Shown here one piece after another: positions 20,130-29,601 of a DNA stretch of 64,000 bases. Position numbers and translations under genes: made by a program. This stretch comes from a virus: positions 44,557 through 108,556 of IMG/VR virus record IMGVR_UViG_3300035670_000069. One strand, given 5' to 3'. Each line of letters starts with the position of its first letter. The first letter of the stretch is position 1. A model generated the notes under the pieces. That model saw only the letters and a program-made list of their open reading frames with translations, searched no databases and was not told the DNA's origin.

Positions 20130-21281
20130 ATGAATTCATTGAAGAAAATCGCTCTAGCCGTGGTTGCAGCCATGACTATGGGCACACTTGTCGCAACACC
20201 TGCAAGTGCTGCTGTCATGACAGTTGCTGTAGATTTGAACTCAGTTGCTAATACAACTGCTTCATCTTCTGCAACACCTGCTGCGCTACCAGTACCAGCC
20301 GATAACACTATCGATGCTACTGACGCACTACGTTTTGTTGCAACAGTTGATACGGGAACAGCCGTAACTGTAACTGCAACAAACGCAACTATCGTAACAG
20401 CACTACATACAGTTGCTGCACCAGTATCAGCAAGTTCTGGATCATCCAGCATTACAATTGCTACTGGCACAGGTACAACCGCAACGTTCTATGTATATAC
20501 TAAAACGACTGCCGTTGGTACCGTTGTTGTTACCAATCAAGGAACAACTCTAACATATTATGTACAAGGTACTGCAGGTTTAATTAATAACCTTACAGTT
20601 TCTGCTCCAGCAAATGGTGCTGCAGGAACTAAGCAGGACATTGTTGTAACTGCAACAGACGTATTTGGAAACAAGATTTCTGGTAAGTCTCTAACCGCTA
20701 CAGTATTTGCTGGTCTTGGAACACTTGATTCCGCAACAGCGACAACTGGTGCAACACTATCTGACTTCGGTCAGGCAAAGTTTAAGTTGACACTTCCAAC
20801 AACTGGAACTCGTTCACTCGTAACATTTGCTCCAACTACAGCAGGAGAGGCTACTTCTGCAGATGTAACTGGTCTAACAGCACGTACACTATCTCCATTT
20901 GCTGAGATTGCAGTTCGTGATCTTTTGACAGAGTTGGCTTCTGCAAATGCTGCACTTGCTGCAGAAAAGGCTGCTCGTGAGGCTGATAAGGTTGCTGCTG
21001 CTAAGGCTGCTTCTGATGCAAAGTTGCTTGCTGATACAGAAGTTCTTTCTCTCAAGTCAGAGATTGTAACTCTTAAGGCTGATGCAGTAACCGCTAAGGT
21101 CGCTGCAGATAAGGCTCTTGCTGATGCTCTTGCTGCTGCTAAGGTTGCTTCCGATGCAGAACTTGCAAAGGTAAAGGCTGATAATGATGCCTCTATGGCA
21201 GCATTGAAGAAGGCATTTAATTCTCTTGCTCGTAAGTGGAACAAGAAGAATCCAAAGGCTAAGGTAGCACTTATTAAGTAA
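20130..21281 (+). CDS. Secreted Thr/Ala-rich surface protein with C-terminal coiled coil
   Basis: Sec signal peptide MNSLKKIALAVVAAM...ASA; Ala/Lys-rich helical tail; AAGGAG RBS. Confidence 0.7.
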   Translation: MNSLKKIALAVVAAMTMGTLVATPASAAVMTVAVDLNSVANTTASSSATPAALPVPADNTIDATDALRFVATVDTGTAVTVTATNATIVTALHTVAAPVSASSGSSSITIATGTGTTATFYVYTKTTAVGTVVVTNQGTTLTYYVQGTAGLINNLTVSAPANGAAGTKQDIVVTATDVFGNKISGKSLTATVFAGLGTLDSATATTGATLSDFGQAKFKLTLPTTGTRSLVTFAPTTAGEATSADVTGLTARTLSPFAEIAVRDLLTELASANAALAAEKAAREADKVAAAKAASDAKLLADTEVLSLKSEIVTLKADAVTAKVAADKALADALAAAKVASDAELAKVKADNDASMAALKKAFNSLARKWNKKNPKAKVALIK

Positions 21282-21303
21282 TTAACTTAAATAGTGTTAA
21301 TAT

Positions 21304-21340
21304 AGGGGGAGAGGGGAAACCTTCTCCCTCTAACTATTTA
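21304..21340 (+). terminator. Hairpin, probable intrinsic terminator
   Basis: GGGGAGAGG-GGAAA-CCTTCTCCCC after the surface-protein gene; weak U tail. Confidence 0.5.
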
Positions 21341-21354
21341 AGGAAGTGATTTAA

Positions 21355-21777
21355 TTGGTAAACCCAGTTCCAGGTAAGAAAATTACCTCAAAATATCGTA
21401 TTCCAGGAAAGCATTGGTCTTGTGGATATCATACTGGAGTAGATTATGCAGCACCTACGGGTACAGAGGTTGTTGCTTGTAAAAGCGGTAAAGTATTAGA
21501 AGCAAAAAACGGAGTATCGTTTGGACCTTCATATGGACTAGCAGTAATAATCGATCATGGAGATGGTATGAAAGCAGTATATGCACATCTATCAAAGATT
21601 GATGTAAAGGCTGGAGACAGAGTGCGATCAGGAGATAAGATAGGTGAAGTTGGTTCAACTGGCAATAGTACAGGACCACATTTACATCTTGAAGTAAGAA
21701 TATCTCCTTGGAAGTATGCAAATAAAGATATTGATCCAAGCATTATCATAAACCATAAGCCACAAAAACTAAAATAA
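21355..21777 (+). CDS. M23 family peptidase
   Basis: HTGVD, YAHL, GSTGNSTGPHLHLE. Confidence 0.93.
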   Translation: MVNPVPGKKITSKYRIPGKHWSCGYHTGVDYAAPTGTEVVACKSGKVLEAKNGVSFGPSYGLAVIIDHGDGMKAVYAHLSKIDVKAGDRVRSGDKIGEVGSTGNSTGPHLHLEVRISPWKYANKDIDPSIIINHKPQKLK

Positions 21778-21784
21778 TGTTATA

Positions 21785-23908
21785 ATGTCTTTGTATGGAA
21801 ACATGCATTGGAGAAAGGAAATTAAACATAACTTATTTAGAATAATTCTTTCAGTTATATTTGCGCTAGGGTGGACATTTTCAACGGCATCTCAAGCAGA
21901 TTCTGACTCATTAATACAAGCGTATGAAGATATTCAACAACTACAATCAGATATCAATAAATTAAATGACAAGGCAAAAACTCAAGAATTATTAGATATA
22001 GCAATAGATAAGTATAACTATGCAGTACAGTCAAAATATAACTTAGAAGAATCTGAACAAGAATATAATACGGCGGTAGAGCAGGAGTCCTTGGCATTAG
22101 AGGCTAAAACTCTTGCTCTATCTGCTGTAGATGGTCAAACAGTTACTGTGGCTACCGCATTAGAAGATAAGGATCAAGCATTACAAGATAAAAATAATGC
22201 ACAGGATCAACTTGATATTGCCAATATAAATCTTCAGACGACACAATTGACAATTCAAAACTCAGGAAATCAAGGATGGCAATTTACAGCCTATACCCTT
22301 AACAGAAGTGGTGATTTTGCTTATGCTGGAACAGCATATTGTTCTGGTGTAATAACACAGGCATATCAAGGTATGCCAGTATGTGGCAGGTATGAAAACT
22401 TATTTGTGGTTTATTCTGGAAAAATAACAGCACCTGAAGGTGTTAACTTGGTTTCTTTTGCAGGGTATACGGATGATGGATTTAGAATGTATGTAGATGG
22501 TCAATTGGTTATTGATCAGTGGGTAGATCAAGGATCAACATGGAGTCCATATTATTATCATACCTTTACAGCCGAAGATAGGGTTATAGATGTAGTATTT
22601 CATTATTTTAATGGTGGGGGTCCAGGTGTATTTCATGTAGGATGGGGGCATAGTGGTATCTGGACTGGAGTAGCCTCAAGTGCAATGTCTTATGGACAAG
22701 GAGCAACACAGGCACAGATAGACGCATACAATCAGGCTGTATCAGATCAAGCCCAGGCACAACAAGACTATAACTCTATGGCTGAGATTTATAATAATAA
22801 ACTATCTTATTACAATGAACAGAACTCTATATTATTAGCATACCAACAAACTCTTTCTGAGGCAGAAGCAAACCTAACACAGGCTCAAGAAAGCCTAACA
22901 CTTGCATTAGAAAACCTTACACAAGATCAAAATGAATATGAGGTTTCAATACCAGACATGCAGCAAGCAATACTAAATGCTCAAACTGAGTATAACAAAC
23001 AATGGCAATTTGAAGAAAATCAAAGGGTGGCTGCAGCAATTGCACAGGCTATAGCAAACCAGCCACAACCAATGCCAGAGCCAGAACCAATCCCCACGCC
23101 AGAAGAAAGTACACAGCCAACTCCAGAGCCAACCCCAGAGACAGAGCCAGAACCTTCCATAGAGCCTTCACCAGAGCCTACCCCAAATCCTGAGCCATCG
23201 CCTGAGCAAACAGAACCAGATTTCCCCAATCCTCAGCCAACCGATCAAACAGATGATGAATCATCCGTAACTCCAGACCCTGAGCCTGAGATATCTCCAG
23301 AGCCTCAGCCAGAGCCAACACCTCAGCAAACGGATATAGATCCTCTTCCCACTCCAAGTCCTCAACCAGAGAAATCTCCCGTAGCACCTTCTCCAAAACC
23401 ATCACCACCTAATAATACCACCATTGACTTAACTAGCGTTATTGCTAACCTAACTAGCAAAGATAATATTATTGTTAAATTAACACCAGAACAAATGTCT
23501 GCTGTTGGTCAATCTTTGACTACCCTGGCTCCAGAGGCTAAGGTTGAACTAGCACAAGATCTTGGAGTAAAGACAAATGAGATAGCAATACTTGCAGAAG
23601 AAGCACAAGATAATCCTGCAGTCGCTGCTGCCATCGTAACATTTGCTGAAAAGGCAGAGGAAAACGCTGATGCTCCTATGCCATATACAATTGCAGACGC
23701 TATTACTGAGGCTGCTGCTGAGTTATTTTTAGAGGATCCCTTGGCGGTATTTAATAATATAGATTTAGAAGAATTATCTGACCCTACTCAATGGGGCAAA
23801 GATATGACAGATGATCAGAGAGAAAAGGCACAAGAGGTAATTGTTCCAGTTATTCTTGTTTCTAATATAATTTCTTCTGTGGCTTCTGCGTTAACAAGGA
23901 GGGTATAA
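21785..23908 (+). CDS. Secreted/membrane-anchored PA14-domain protein with coiled coils and Pro/Glu linker
   Basis: Signal-like N-terminus; TDDGFRMYVDG..IDQW.DQG PA14 motif; PEP repeats about 23060-23410; hydrophobic C-terminus. Confidence 0.75.
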   Translation: MSLYGNMHWRKEIKHNLFRIILSVIFALGWTFSTASQADSDSLIQAYEDIQQLQSDINKLNDKAKTQELLDIAIDKYNYAVQSKYNLEESEQEYNTAVEQESLALEAKTLALSAVDGQTVTVATALEDKDQALQDKNNAQDQLDIANINLQTTQLTIQNSGNQGWQFTAYTLNRSGDFAYAGTAYCSGVITQAYQGMPVCGRYENLFVVYSGKITAPEGVNLVSFAGYTDDGFRMYVDGQLVIDQWVDQGSTWSPYYYHTFTAEDRVIDVVFHYFNGGGPGVFHVGWGHSGIWTGVASSAMSYGQGATQAQIDAYNQAVSDQAQAQQDYNSMAEIYNNKLSYYNEQNSILLAYQQTLSEAEANLTQAQESLTLALENLTQDQNEYEVSIPDMQQAILNAQTEYNKQWQFEENQRVAAAIAQAIANQPQPMPEPEPIPTPEESTQPTPEPTPETEPEPSIEPSPEPTPNPEPSPEQTEPDFPNPQPTDQTDDESSVTPDPEPEISPEPQPEPTPQQTDIDPLPTPSPQPEKSPVAPSPKPSPPNNTTIDLTSVIANLTSKDNIIVKLTPEQMSAVGQSLTTLAPEAKVELAQDLGVKTNEIAILAEEAQDNPAVAAAIVTFAEKAEENADAPMPYTIADAITEAAAELFLEDPLAVFNNIDLEELSDPTQWGKDMTDDQREKAQEVIVPVILVSNIISSVASALTRRV

Positions 23909-23915
23909 TACGATC

Positions 23916-24185
23916 ATGACAAAACTTAAGACTATTTTATCTAAAATAAAAGTGGTCAATGCTTTAAGGAAGGCTATAGAATGGCTTTTAAAGGGCGTAA
24001 AAGGGCTTCTGAGGTGGTTTGGTAAGGCCATTAAGGAGAGCATCGCACAGGTGTGGACATTGCTTGGATTCTTCATTGCATGGCTTACCCTAACTGGTAC
24101 TGCCCAACAAATTGTGGGTATAGCAACAGTAGCAGCCACAGTATTATGGCTTATAACAATACCGCTTAGAGAGGAAAAAGAATAG
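23916..24185 (+). CDS. Two-TM membrane protein
   Basis: Two hydrophobic segments; TATAAT 6 nt upstream. Confidence 0.65.
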   Translation: MTKLKTILSKIKVVNALRKAIEWLLKGVKGLLRWFGKAIKESIAQVWTLLGFFIAWLTLTGTAQQIVGIATVAATVLWLITIPLREEKE

Positions 24186-24198
24186 TATAATGTCAATA

Positions 24199-24537
24199 AT
24201 GAAGACCATAGCATCTATATTTTCTGCCCTTCTATTGGTTATTGGATTAACCGCATGTGGTGTTTTTGAAGGCAAGTATAGGTATGAATGCCAAGACCCA
24301 GAAAATTGGGGCACCCCTGGATGTACAAAACCACTATGTACAAGTTACTGCACAGAAGATCTGCTTGGATATGATCCAACCGAAGGTAAAGAAGAAATAT
24401 CAGAAATGCCAGAAATGTTAGATGAACCACAAGAAGAAACAACTTCTGATATAATTGAAGAACCAAAGAGTGCGCCAGCACCAGAGAATGTAGATGAGAT
24501 TAACCAAATGGTTGATGACTTATCGAAAGGAAACTAA
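24199..24537 (+). CDS. Lipoprotein
   Basis: Signal II with lipobox LTAC; Cys-rich YRYECQDPENW..CTKPLC; acidic tail. Confidence 0.7.
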   Translation: MKTIASIFSALLLVIGLTACGVFEGKYRYECQDPENWGTPGCTKPLCTSYCTEDLLGYDPTEGKEEISEMPEMLDEPQEETTSDIIEEPKSAPAPENVDEINQMVDDLSKGN

Positions 24538-24906
24538 GTGAGTACAAAAGTTAGATATACACCAGCAGAATTAGATTCAAGGCTAAAGTTTATATTGGCA
24601 ATTATGTTGGGAGCAATGGTTTTTTTGATTGTTGCAGGTAACTTGTACGCATTAATTTTTGTTGAGCAGCCTATTGGGGCACAAGCAGAGAACGATAAAA
24701 TGTTTTTTAATCTTTTAAATTCTATTGCTACTTTTATTACTGGTACTCTTGCAGGCATATTAATTGGTAAAACTAATTCTGGATCGTCAGAAGAAACATC
24801 TGTAGCAATTTCTGAAGATGTAGTTGAAGAGCAAATATCTGAAGGAAAGCCTGAAGGTGAGATGCCAGAAGAAACTGAAATTGATGAAGATTGGGATAAA
24901 GACTAA
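24538..24906 (+). CDS. Two-TM membrane protein, holin candidate
   Basis: Two TM segments, acidic tail, directly upstream of endolysin. Confidence 0.55.
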   Translation: MSTKVRYTPAELDSRLKFILAIMLGAMVFLIVAGNLYALIFVEQPIGAQAENDKMFFNLLNSIATFITGTLAGILIGKTNSGSSEETSVAISEDVVEEQISEGKPEGEMPEETEIDEDWDKD

Positions 24907-25526
24907 TGGCAGAACTTGGTACAGCAGCCAAACTTATTGAGGTTGCTAAAGGCGAATTAGGAACTATTGAAGGCCCCAAAGATAACGAAACAAAATATGG
25001 AAAGTTTATGAAGGCCAACTTTCAGCCATGGTGTGGTTCATTTGTTAACTGGTGTGCTGTTCAGGCTGAAGTTAAGATTCCTAATACAGTATATACTCCA
25101 TCAGGCGCAGCAGCATTTAAGAAGGCTGGTCGTTGGTATGACGCACAAGTTTGTGATCCAGAACCAGGCGATATAGCCTATTTTGATTTTCCAGCAGATG
25201 GTGTTGATAGAATTTCTCATGTTGGAATTGTAATCAAAGATAATGAAGATGGAACTGTTTGGTGTATTGAAGGAAATACCACTAACCGTAAAGGCGGAAG
25301 CCAGCGTAATGGCGGAGAAGTTTGTAAACAACTTCGTGCCTATAAGAAAAATAAAAAGGGCGTAATGATTTCTATTGTTGGATTTGGTCGTCCTAAATTT
25401 AAAAATGAATCTAAGAATAAAGTTAAAGAAACCCCTGTTTCAGAAAACAAAATATGTCCAACATGTGGACAAAATATGCCCAAAAAGTTGACAGGCGGAG
25501 GCGGAACTGGTACACTAATTCAATAG
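24906..25526 (+). CDS. CHAP-domain endolysin
   Basis: PWCGSFV, PGDI, HVGIV, IEGN. Confidence 0.85.
   Translation: MAELGTAAKLIEVAKGELGTIEGPKDNETKYGKFMKANFQPWCGSFVNWCAVQAEVKIPNTVYTPSGAAAFKKAGRWYDAQVCDPEPGDIAYFDFPADGVDRISHVGIVIKDNEDGTVWCIEGNTTNRKGGSQRNGGEVCKQLRAYKKNKKGVMISIVGFGRPKFKNESKNKVKETPVSENKICPTCGQNMPKKLTGGGGTGTLIQ
25488..25516 (+). promoter_or_regulatory. Promoter in the endolysin 3' end
   Basis: TTGACA-N17-TACACT. Confidence 0.6.
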
Positions 25527-25542
25527 CATAGAAAGGCTTTGA

Positions 25543-26076
25543 ATGACTTGCATTGCGGTAGTTCGTGATAAAGTAAATAATAAAATTTGGATGGCTGGAG
25601 ATCGTGGTGTCTCTGATGATAATACGATTAATGTTTGTTCTAGTCCAAAGATATGGAAAAAAGAAGGATACCTTTTTGGCTATGCTGGCTCAATGGACGG
25701 GGACAGAATAAAGCACTTATTCGTACCCCCACAACCAGAACCTAGAGTAAACATAGATAAGTTTATGTATAGTAAATTTCTTAAAGCCCTTAGAACATTT
25801 TACGAAAATTGGTGGGTAGATACTTCCACATCGTCAGATTTTGGAATGATTATATGCATTAAAGGAAAAATATACGAGCACAATGCTGGAGACATGTCTT
25901 TGACTCAATATGAACAAGACTATTTAGCAATGGGTTCTGGCGGAGATTTGGCTTTAGGATCTTTATACTCTACACAAAAACAAAAAGATTCTAGAAAAAG
26001 GGCGGTACTTGCTGTAAATGCTGCAATAAATCATTCAACAACCTGTAAGGGTCCTATTGACATATTAAGTATTTAG
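25543..26076 (+). CDS. Ntn-hydrolase, proteasome-beta/HslV-like protease
   Basis: N-terminal M-TCI, AGD, KI, GYAG, AMGSG motifs. Confidence 0.8.
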   Translation: MTCIAVVRDKVNNKIWMAGDRGVSDDNTINVCSSPKIWKKEGYLFGYAGSMDGDRIKHLFVPPQPEPRVNIDKFMYSKFLKALRTFYENWWVDTSTSSDFGMIICIKGKIYEHNAGDMSLTQYEQDYLAMGSGGDLALGSLYSTQKQKDSRKRAVLAVNAAINHSTTCKGPIDILSI

Positions 26077-26085
26077 GTATATACT
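26057..26085 (+). promoter_or_regulatory. Promoter for leaderless gene at 26092
   Basis: TTGACA-N17-TATACT, then 6 nt to ATG. Confidence 0.7.
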
Positions 26086-26091
26086 AAATAT

Positions 26092-27489
26092 ATGAGAGAC
26101 ATTCGTAAAGCCTTTATTGTAACCTTTTCAATATTTTTGCTATATATCTATACACCACAATCACTTGCCAATGATAATATCAATTACTCTTTTACAAAAA
26201 AGCCTTGTTCTAAAAATAAACTAAATACAATAGTAAAAAATAAAATATGCCTAAAGAATGGAAAGGTTTATAGATGGGCTGTATTAGATAATAAACAATC
26301 CGTTTCTGAGACTAATTCAGTTGATAATATGTCTCCAAAACATTATTACGATACTAATTTTTTAAATTATAACGAGTGCAATGTTAACTTTCCTTATTGG
26401 GAAAATAGAGATGGTAGATTTAATTCTTCTTATAAAATTAAAGTTATACCATTTCAAACAGAGGACTATAAATCTTCTAAATCCCCTAAAGAAGAATGGG
26501 GTGAATTTTTTACATATTTTCACCAGACATTAAAAAACCTTTCAGATGTTAAAACAAATCATGTTATTGATATTGAAAATAAATATATTGATTTACCAAT
26601 TAATCTAAAATCATTGGATCTAGGCTCAAAGTATGACCATGGAGACATTAGCGTAAGGCCTCGTACTACTAAACTATTTAGCCTTGCTGTACAAAAATTA
26701 GATCCCGATATTGATTTTTCTAAATATGATGCCATTTGGCTGGTTCCACCAATATCTGTACCGACAACAGTTTTATCTAATTTTATTATTGAGGGGCCAG
26801 TTTTAACACAGGGAAAAAGATTTATGGTTGGTCTTTATTTAGGTTCAAGGCCTAATGATTTTTTTGATAAGGGAATAGATAATAAAAGTTTGCCACTAAT
26901 AGTTCATGAATGGCTGGTTCATGTTACCAGTAGTTTAGATGATACATATGGAGATATGCATTATTATAATGGCGTCGGCAATTATGGGACAGGGCTATGG
27001 TCAAATACTTCTAACTTTTCAGTAGATTTTTTAGGTTATAATAAATGGCAACTTGGAATGTTAAGCAACTCACAAATAAGTTGTGTGGACAAAAATAAAA
27101 CTTATTTTGTTTGGTTAAACCCACTACAGTCGACGAACACATCAAATAAATTGGGAATAATAAAAGTTGACAAATATGTTGCAATTACTATTCAATCTAT
27201 GAGATCTTTAGGTTACAATTATAAGTTGCCAATAAACCAAAATGGTGTTCTTGTTTCTGAAATTAATACAGAAAAAATGTATGATAATAATGTTCATGGA
27301 GATGGACAATATGTTATATGCCCGAACAGAGGCAATGAAGCAAAAATTCATGGTGGTTGCAAAACAAAAGAATTATATGATGCAGCACTTAAACTAAATG
27401 AAACAGTATCGTATAAAGGTTACAAAATAACTGTTGTTGATTCTGGAGATTTTGGAGATGTTGTTAAGATAGAATATATTGGTCTGTAG
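26092..27489 (+). CDS. Secreted M6-like metallopeptidase-type protein
   Basis: Signal peptide; DPDIDFSKYD; HEWLVH..LDDTY; KWQLG; GVLV. Confidence 0.55.
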   Translation: MRDIRKAFIVTFSIFLLYIYTPQSLANDNINYSFTKKPCSKNKLNTIVKNKICLKNGKVYRWAVLDNKQSVSETNSVDNMSPKHYYDTNFLNYNECNVNFPYWENRDGRFNSSYKIKVIPFQTEDYKSSKSPKEEWGEFFTYFHQTLKNLSDVKTNHVIDIENKYIDLPINLKSLDLGSKYDHGDISVRPRTTKLFSLAVQKLDPDIDFSKYDAIWLVPPISVPTTVLSNFIIEGPVLTQGKRFMVGLYLGSRPNDFFDKGIDNKSLPLIVHEWLVHVTSSLDDTYGDMHYYNGVGNYGTGLWSNTSNFSVDFLGYNKWQLGMLSNSQISCVDKNKTYFVWLNPLQSTNTSNKLGIIKVDKYVAITIQSMRSLGYNYKLPINQNGVLVSEINTEKMYDNNVHGDGQYVICPNRGNEAKIHGGCKTKELYDAALKLNETVSYKGYKITVVDSGDFGDVVKIEYIGL

Positions 27490-27551
27490 TTCAATGGCAG
27501 AACAATCGGCTGTTAACCGATGGGTTGTAGGTTCGAATCCTACCAGACCAG
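27480..27551 (+). tRNA. tRNA-Asn(GTT)
   Basis: TGGTCTG/CAGACCA acceptor, ATCGG-CTGTTAA-CCGAT anticodon arm, TTCGAAT T-loop. Confidence 0.95.
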
Positions 27552-27572
27552 CGAATGCTATAATAAAAGTAA

Positions 27573-27646
27573 GGTCCGTTAGTTCAGTTGGTTAGAACGC
27601 TACCCTGTCACGGTAGAGGTCGTCGGTTCAAGTCCGATACGGATCG
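27573..27646 (+). tRNA. tRNA-Asp(GTC)
   Basis: GGTCCGT/ACGGATC acceptor, CTACC-CTGTCAC-GGTAG; TGCTATAAT just upstream. Confidence 0.95.
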
Positions 27647-27689
27647 CTCACCAAATTGGTGAATTATAAATCGAGGAAGGGAGTTCAAA

Positions 27690-28043
27690 TTGAACCCTAA
27701 GATAACACTAGTTGGTCGTATTGGACAGGAACCAGAAGCAATCGGCACTGGTATTCGTTTCAGAATGGCCACAAACGATAGAGTAAAAAATGAAAACGGA
27801 GACTGGGAAGATAAAGATACTTCTTGGTTCACTGTTAAGGCTTGGAAAACTTTAGCAGAGCATTCAAAAAATAACCTTAAAAAGGGTAATGAGGTAATAG
27901 TTGTTGGAGTTATGCGTGAAGAAAATTGGACAGATAATGAGGGTAAAAAGAGAACATCTTTTGAAGTAGTTGCTGAGTCAATTGGAGTTACAACAAAAAC
28001 TTTAAACAAAAATACTTCTGCACAACCAAGTAATTGGTTATAA
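27690..28043 (+). CDS. ssb: Single-stranded DNA-binding protein (bacterial SSB fold)
   Basis: ITLVGRI..W..LAE..LKKGNEVIVVG..W..EGKKR..EVVA. Confidence 0.9.
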   Translation: MNPKITLVGRIGQEPEAIGTGIRFRMATNDRVKNENGDWEDKDTSWFTVKAWKTLAEHSKNNLKKGNEVIVVGVMREENWTDNEGKKRTSFEVVAESIGVTTKTLNKNTSAQPSNWL

Positions 28044-28054
28044 CTAGTAGTATT

Positions 28055-28126
28055 GGCACTATCGTCTATCGGTTAGGACATCGCCCTTTCACGGCGAAAA
28101 GACGGGTTCGATTCCCGTTAGTGCTA
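28055..28126 (+). tRNA. tRNA-Glu(TTC)
   Basis: GGCACTA/TAGTGCT acceptor, TCGCC-CTTTCAC-GGCGA. Confidence 0.95.
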
Positions 28127-28127
28127 C

Positions 28128-28199
28128 GCCTCCTTAACTCAGGGGTAGAGTACCCGCCTTGTAAGCGGGTTGTCGTAGGTTCAAATCCTACAGGAGGCT
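28128..28199 (+). tRNA. tRNA-Thr(TGT)
   Basis: GCCTCCT/AGGAGGC acceptor, CCCGC-CTTGTAA-GCGGG. Confidence 0.95.
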
Positions 28200-28220
28200 C
28201 GAAGGGTGTATAATTAAAAT

Positions 28221-28901
28221 ATGAAAAATCCTAAAATGCTTCATGACATGAATTATAATTTTAATATATGGTATGAAACAAATGATCCAATTTTTTCTGA
28301 TATTAGTTTAAATTCTAGATTACCCGCAAAGTGGGTTGAATTTAAATATGTTGAAAATTACAAAGATTCTATAATTAAACCGATAAATAAATATGTTGAA
28401 GCATTATATCCACCACCCAAATTAATATCAATAGAAGGAAATAACATTAGATTAAGGCAAGGGAATCATGCGGAATTTTTCTTGTTAACTAATCCAGATG
28501 GATCTTTTTATAATTTAGATAGACCATGGATGAGACAATATTACAATACATCTCATCAAATACAAGAGCCAGATGACTGTTTCCCTGGGACTTATATTTT
28601 TTATACACCATGGTATGTAGACGCTAACGTAAAGGTATTTTATGAAAAGCCAGAAAAAGAAACCACCTTTTTTGTTTATAGCAATGTGTCAATTCATAAA
28701 GAGTTTAATGACAGTGATACATATCTAGAACCAGATTTTATAAGGTTTCATTTTAAAAAAGAAGGAGATCATATGGATAGACCAGGATTTGGCAAAATAC
28801 CTAGGCAAAGTCCAATGTTTGATATTGTTTTTGAATGCGATGATATAATGTTAAATAGAGTAAAGGAGTTTTATGAACAAGATAAAGTTTTATCCTTTTA
28901 A
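28221..28901 (+). CDS. Hypothetical protein, possibly distant relative of the next two genes
   Basis: Leaderless; TPWY and GKIPRQSPMFDI weakly echo the GxIKxGTPxxQ motif. Confidence 0.55.
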   Translation: MKNPKMLHDMNYNFNIWYETNDPIFSDISLNSRLPAKWVEFKYVENYKDSIIKPINKYVEALYPPPKLISIEGNNIRLRQGNHAEFFLLTNPDGSFYNLDRPWMRQYYNTSHQIQEPDDCFPGTYIFYTPWYVDANVKVFYEKPEKETTFFVYSNVSIHKEFNDSDTYLEPDFIRFHFKKEGDHMDRPGFGKIPRQSPMFDIVFECDDIMLNRVKEFYEQDKVLSF

Positions 28902-29601
28902 TAATAAAACGATAGAATTTGCACCAAGTCCGTATCCAGCATCAAAAAATATACCAGATTGGTATAAAAAGCAACCAGGAAATGTTCCAGAAAAAGAACA
29001 ATTTTCAATGATGAACGGGGCAAGCACTTCTACAATAAAAAGATGTATGCCTATTTTTGATATAATGACTGCTGGCTATATTATACCAATTCCATGCGAT
29101 ATATACATAGATGCTACAAATCCAGAAAAAATAACTTGGTCAGTTCCACTTGGAGTTAAAATTTTTGGATCCGATATGGTGTCTCATCATTCTAGAGAAC
29201 AATACTCTCATTATCCAATTAATACTGATAAATATCATAAAGACCTGTTTAGAATAATGCCATTCTGGTCTGTAAAAACAGAAGAAGGCTATAGTTCTTT
29301 ATTTATAAACCCAATACACAAAGATGAAGTACCATTTTGGACCTTTGGTGGATTAATAGATACCGATAAGTTTATAACTGATGGACATATATCAATGTTG
29401 ATTGAAAAAGACTTTAAGGGTGTAATTAAACAGGGTACACCATTTGTTCAGGTAATTCCTTTTAAAAGAGAAGAGTGGGAAATGGAAACCATTAGCCCAG
29501 ATGATGCACAAAAAGAAGTTGTTAAGCAAAGATTAAGCCTTAGAAGTGTATTTGTAAATGGTTATAAAAATAAAATGAGAACAAAAAAAGTATGGAACTA
29601 G
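28873..29601 (+). CDS. DUF6065-like (dUTPase-fold-like) protein
   Basis: IPDWYK..KRCMPIFD..GY..GLIDTD..IKQGTPFVQVIPFKRE. Confidence 0.6.
   Translation: MNKIKFYPFNNKTIEFAPSPYPASKNIPDWYKKQPGNVPEKEQFSMMNGASTSTIKRCMPIFDIMTAGYIIPIPCDIYIDATNPEKITWSVPLGVKIFGSDMVSHHSREQYSHYPINTDKYHKDLFRIMPFWSVKTEEGYSSLFINPIHKDEVPFWTFGGLIDTDKFITDGHISMLIEKDFKGVIKQGTPFVQVIPFKREEWEMETISPDDAQKEVVKQRLSLRSVFVNGYKNKMRTKKVWN

Noticed and set aside
23060-23410. CCAGAG-rich tract as a DNA repeat element
   Set aside because: Explained by the Pro/Glu linker coding sequence
27608-28009. Minus-strand 133 aa ORF
   Set aside because: Antisense to ssb and tRNA-Asp
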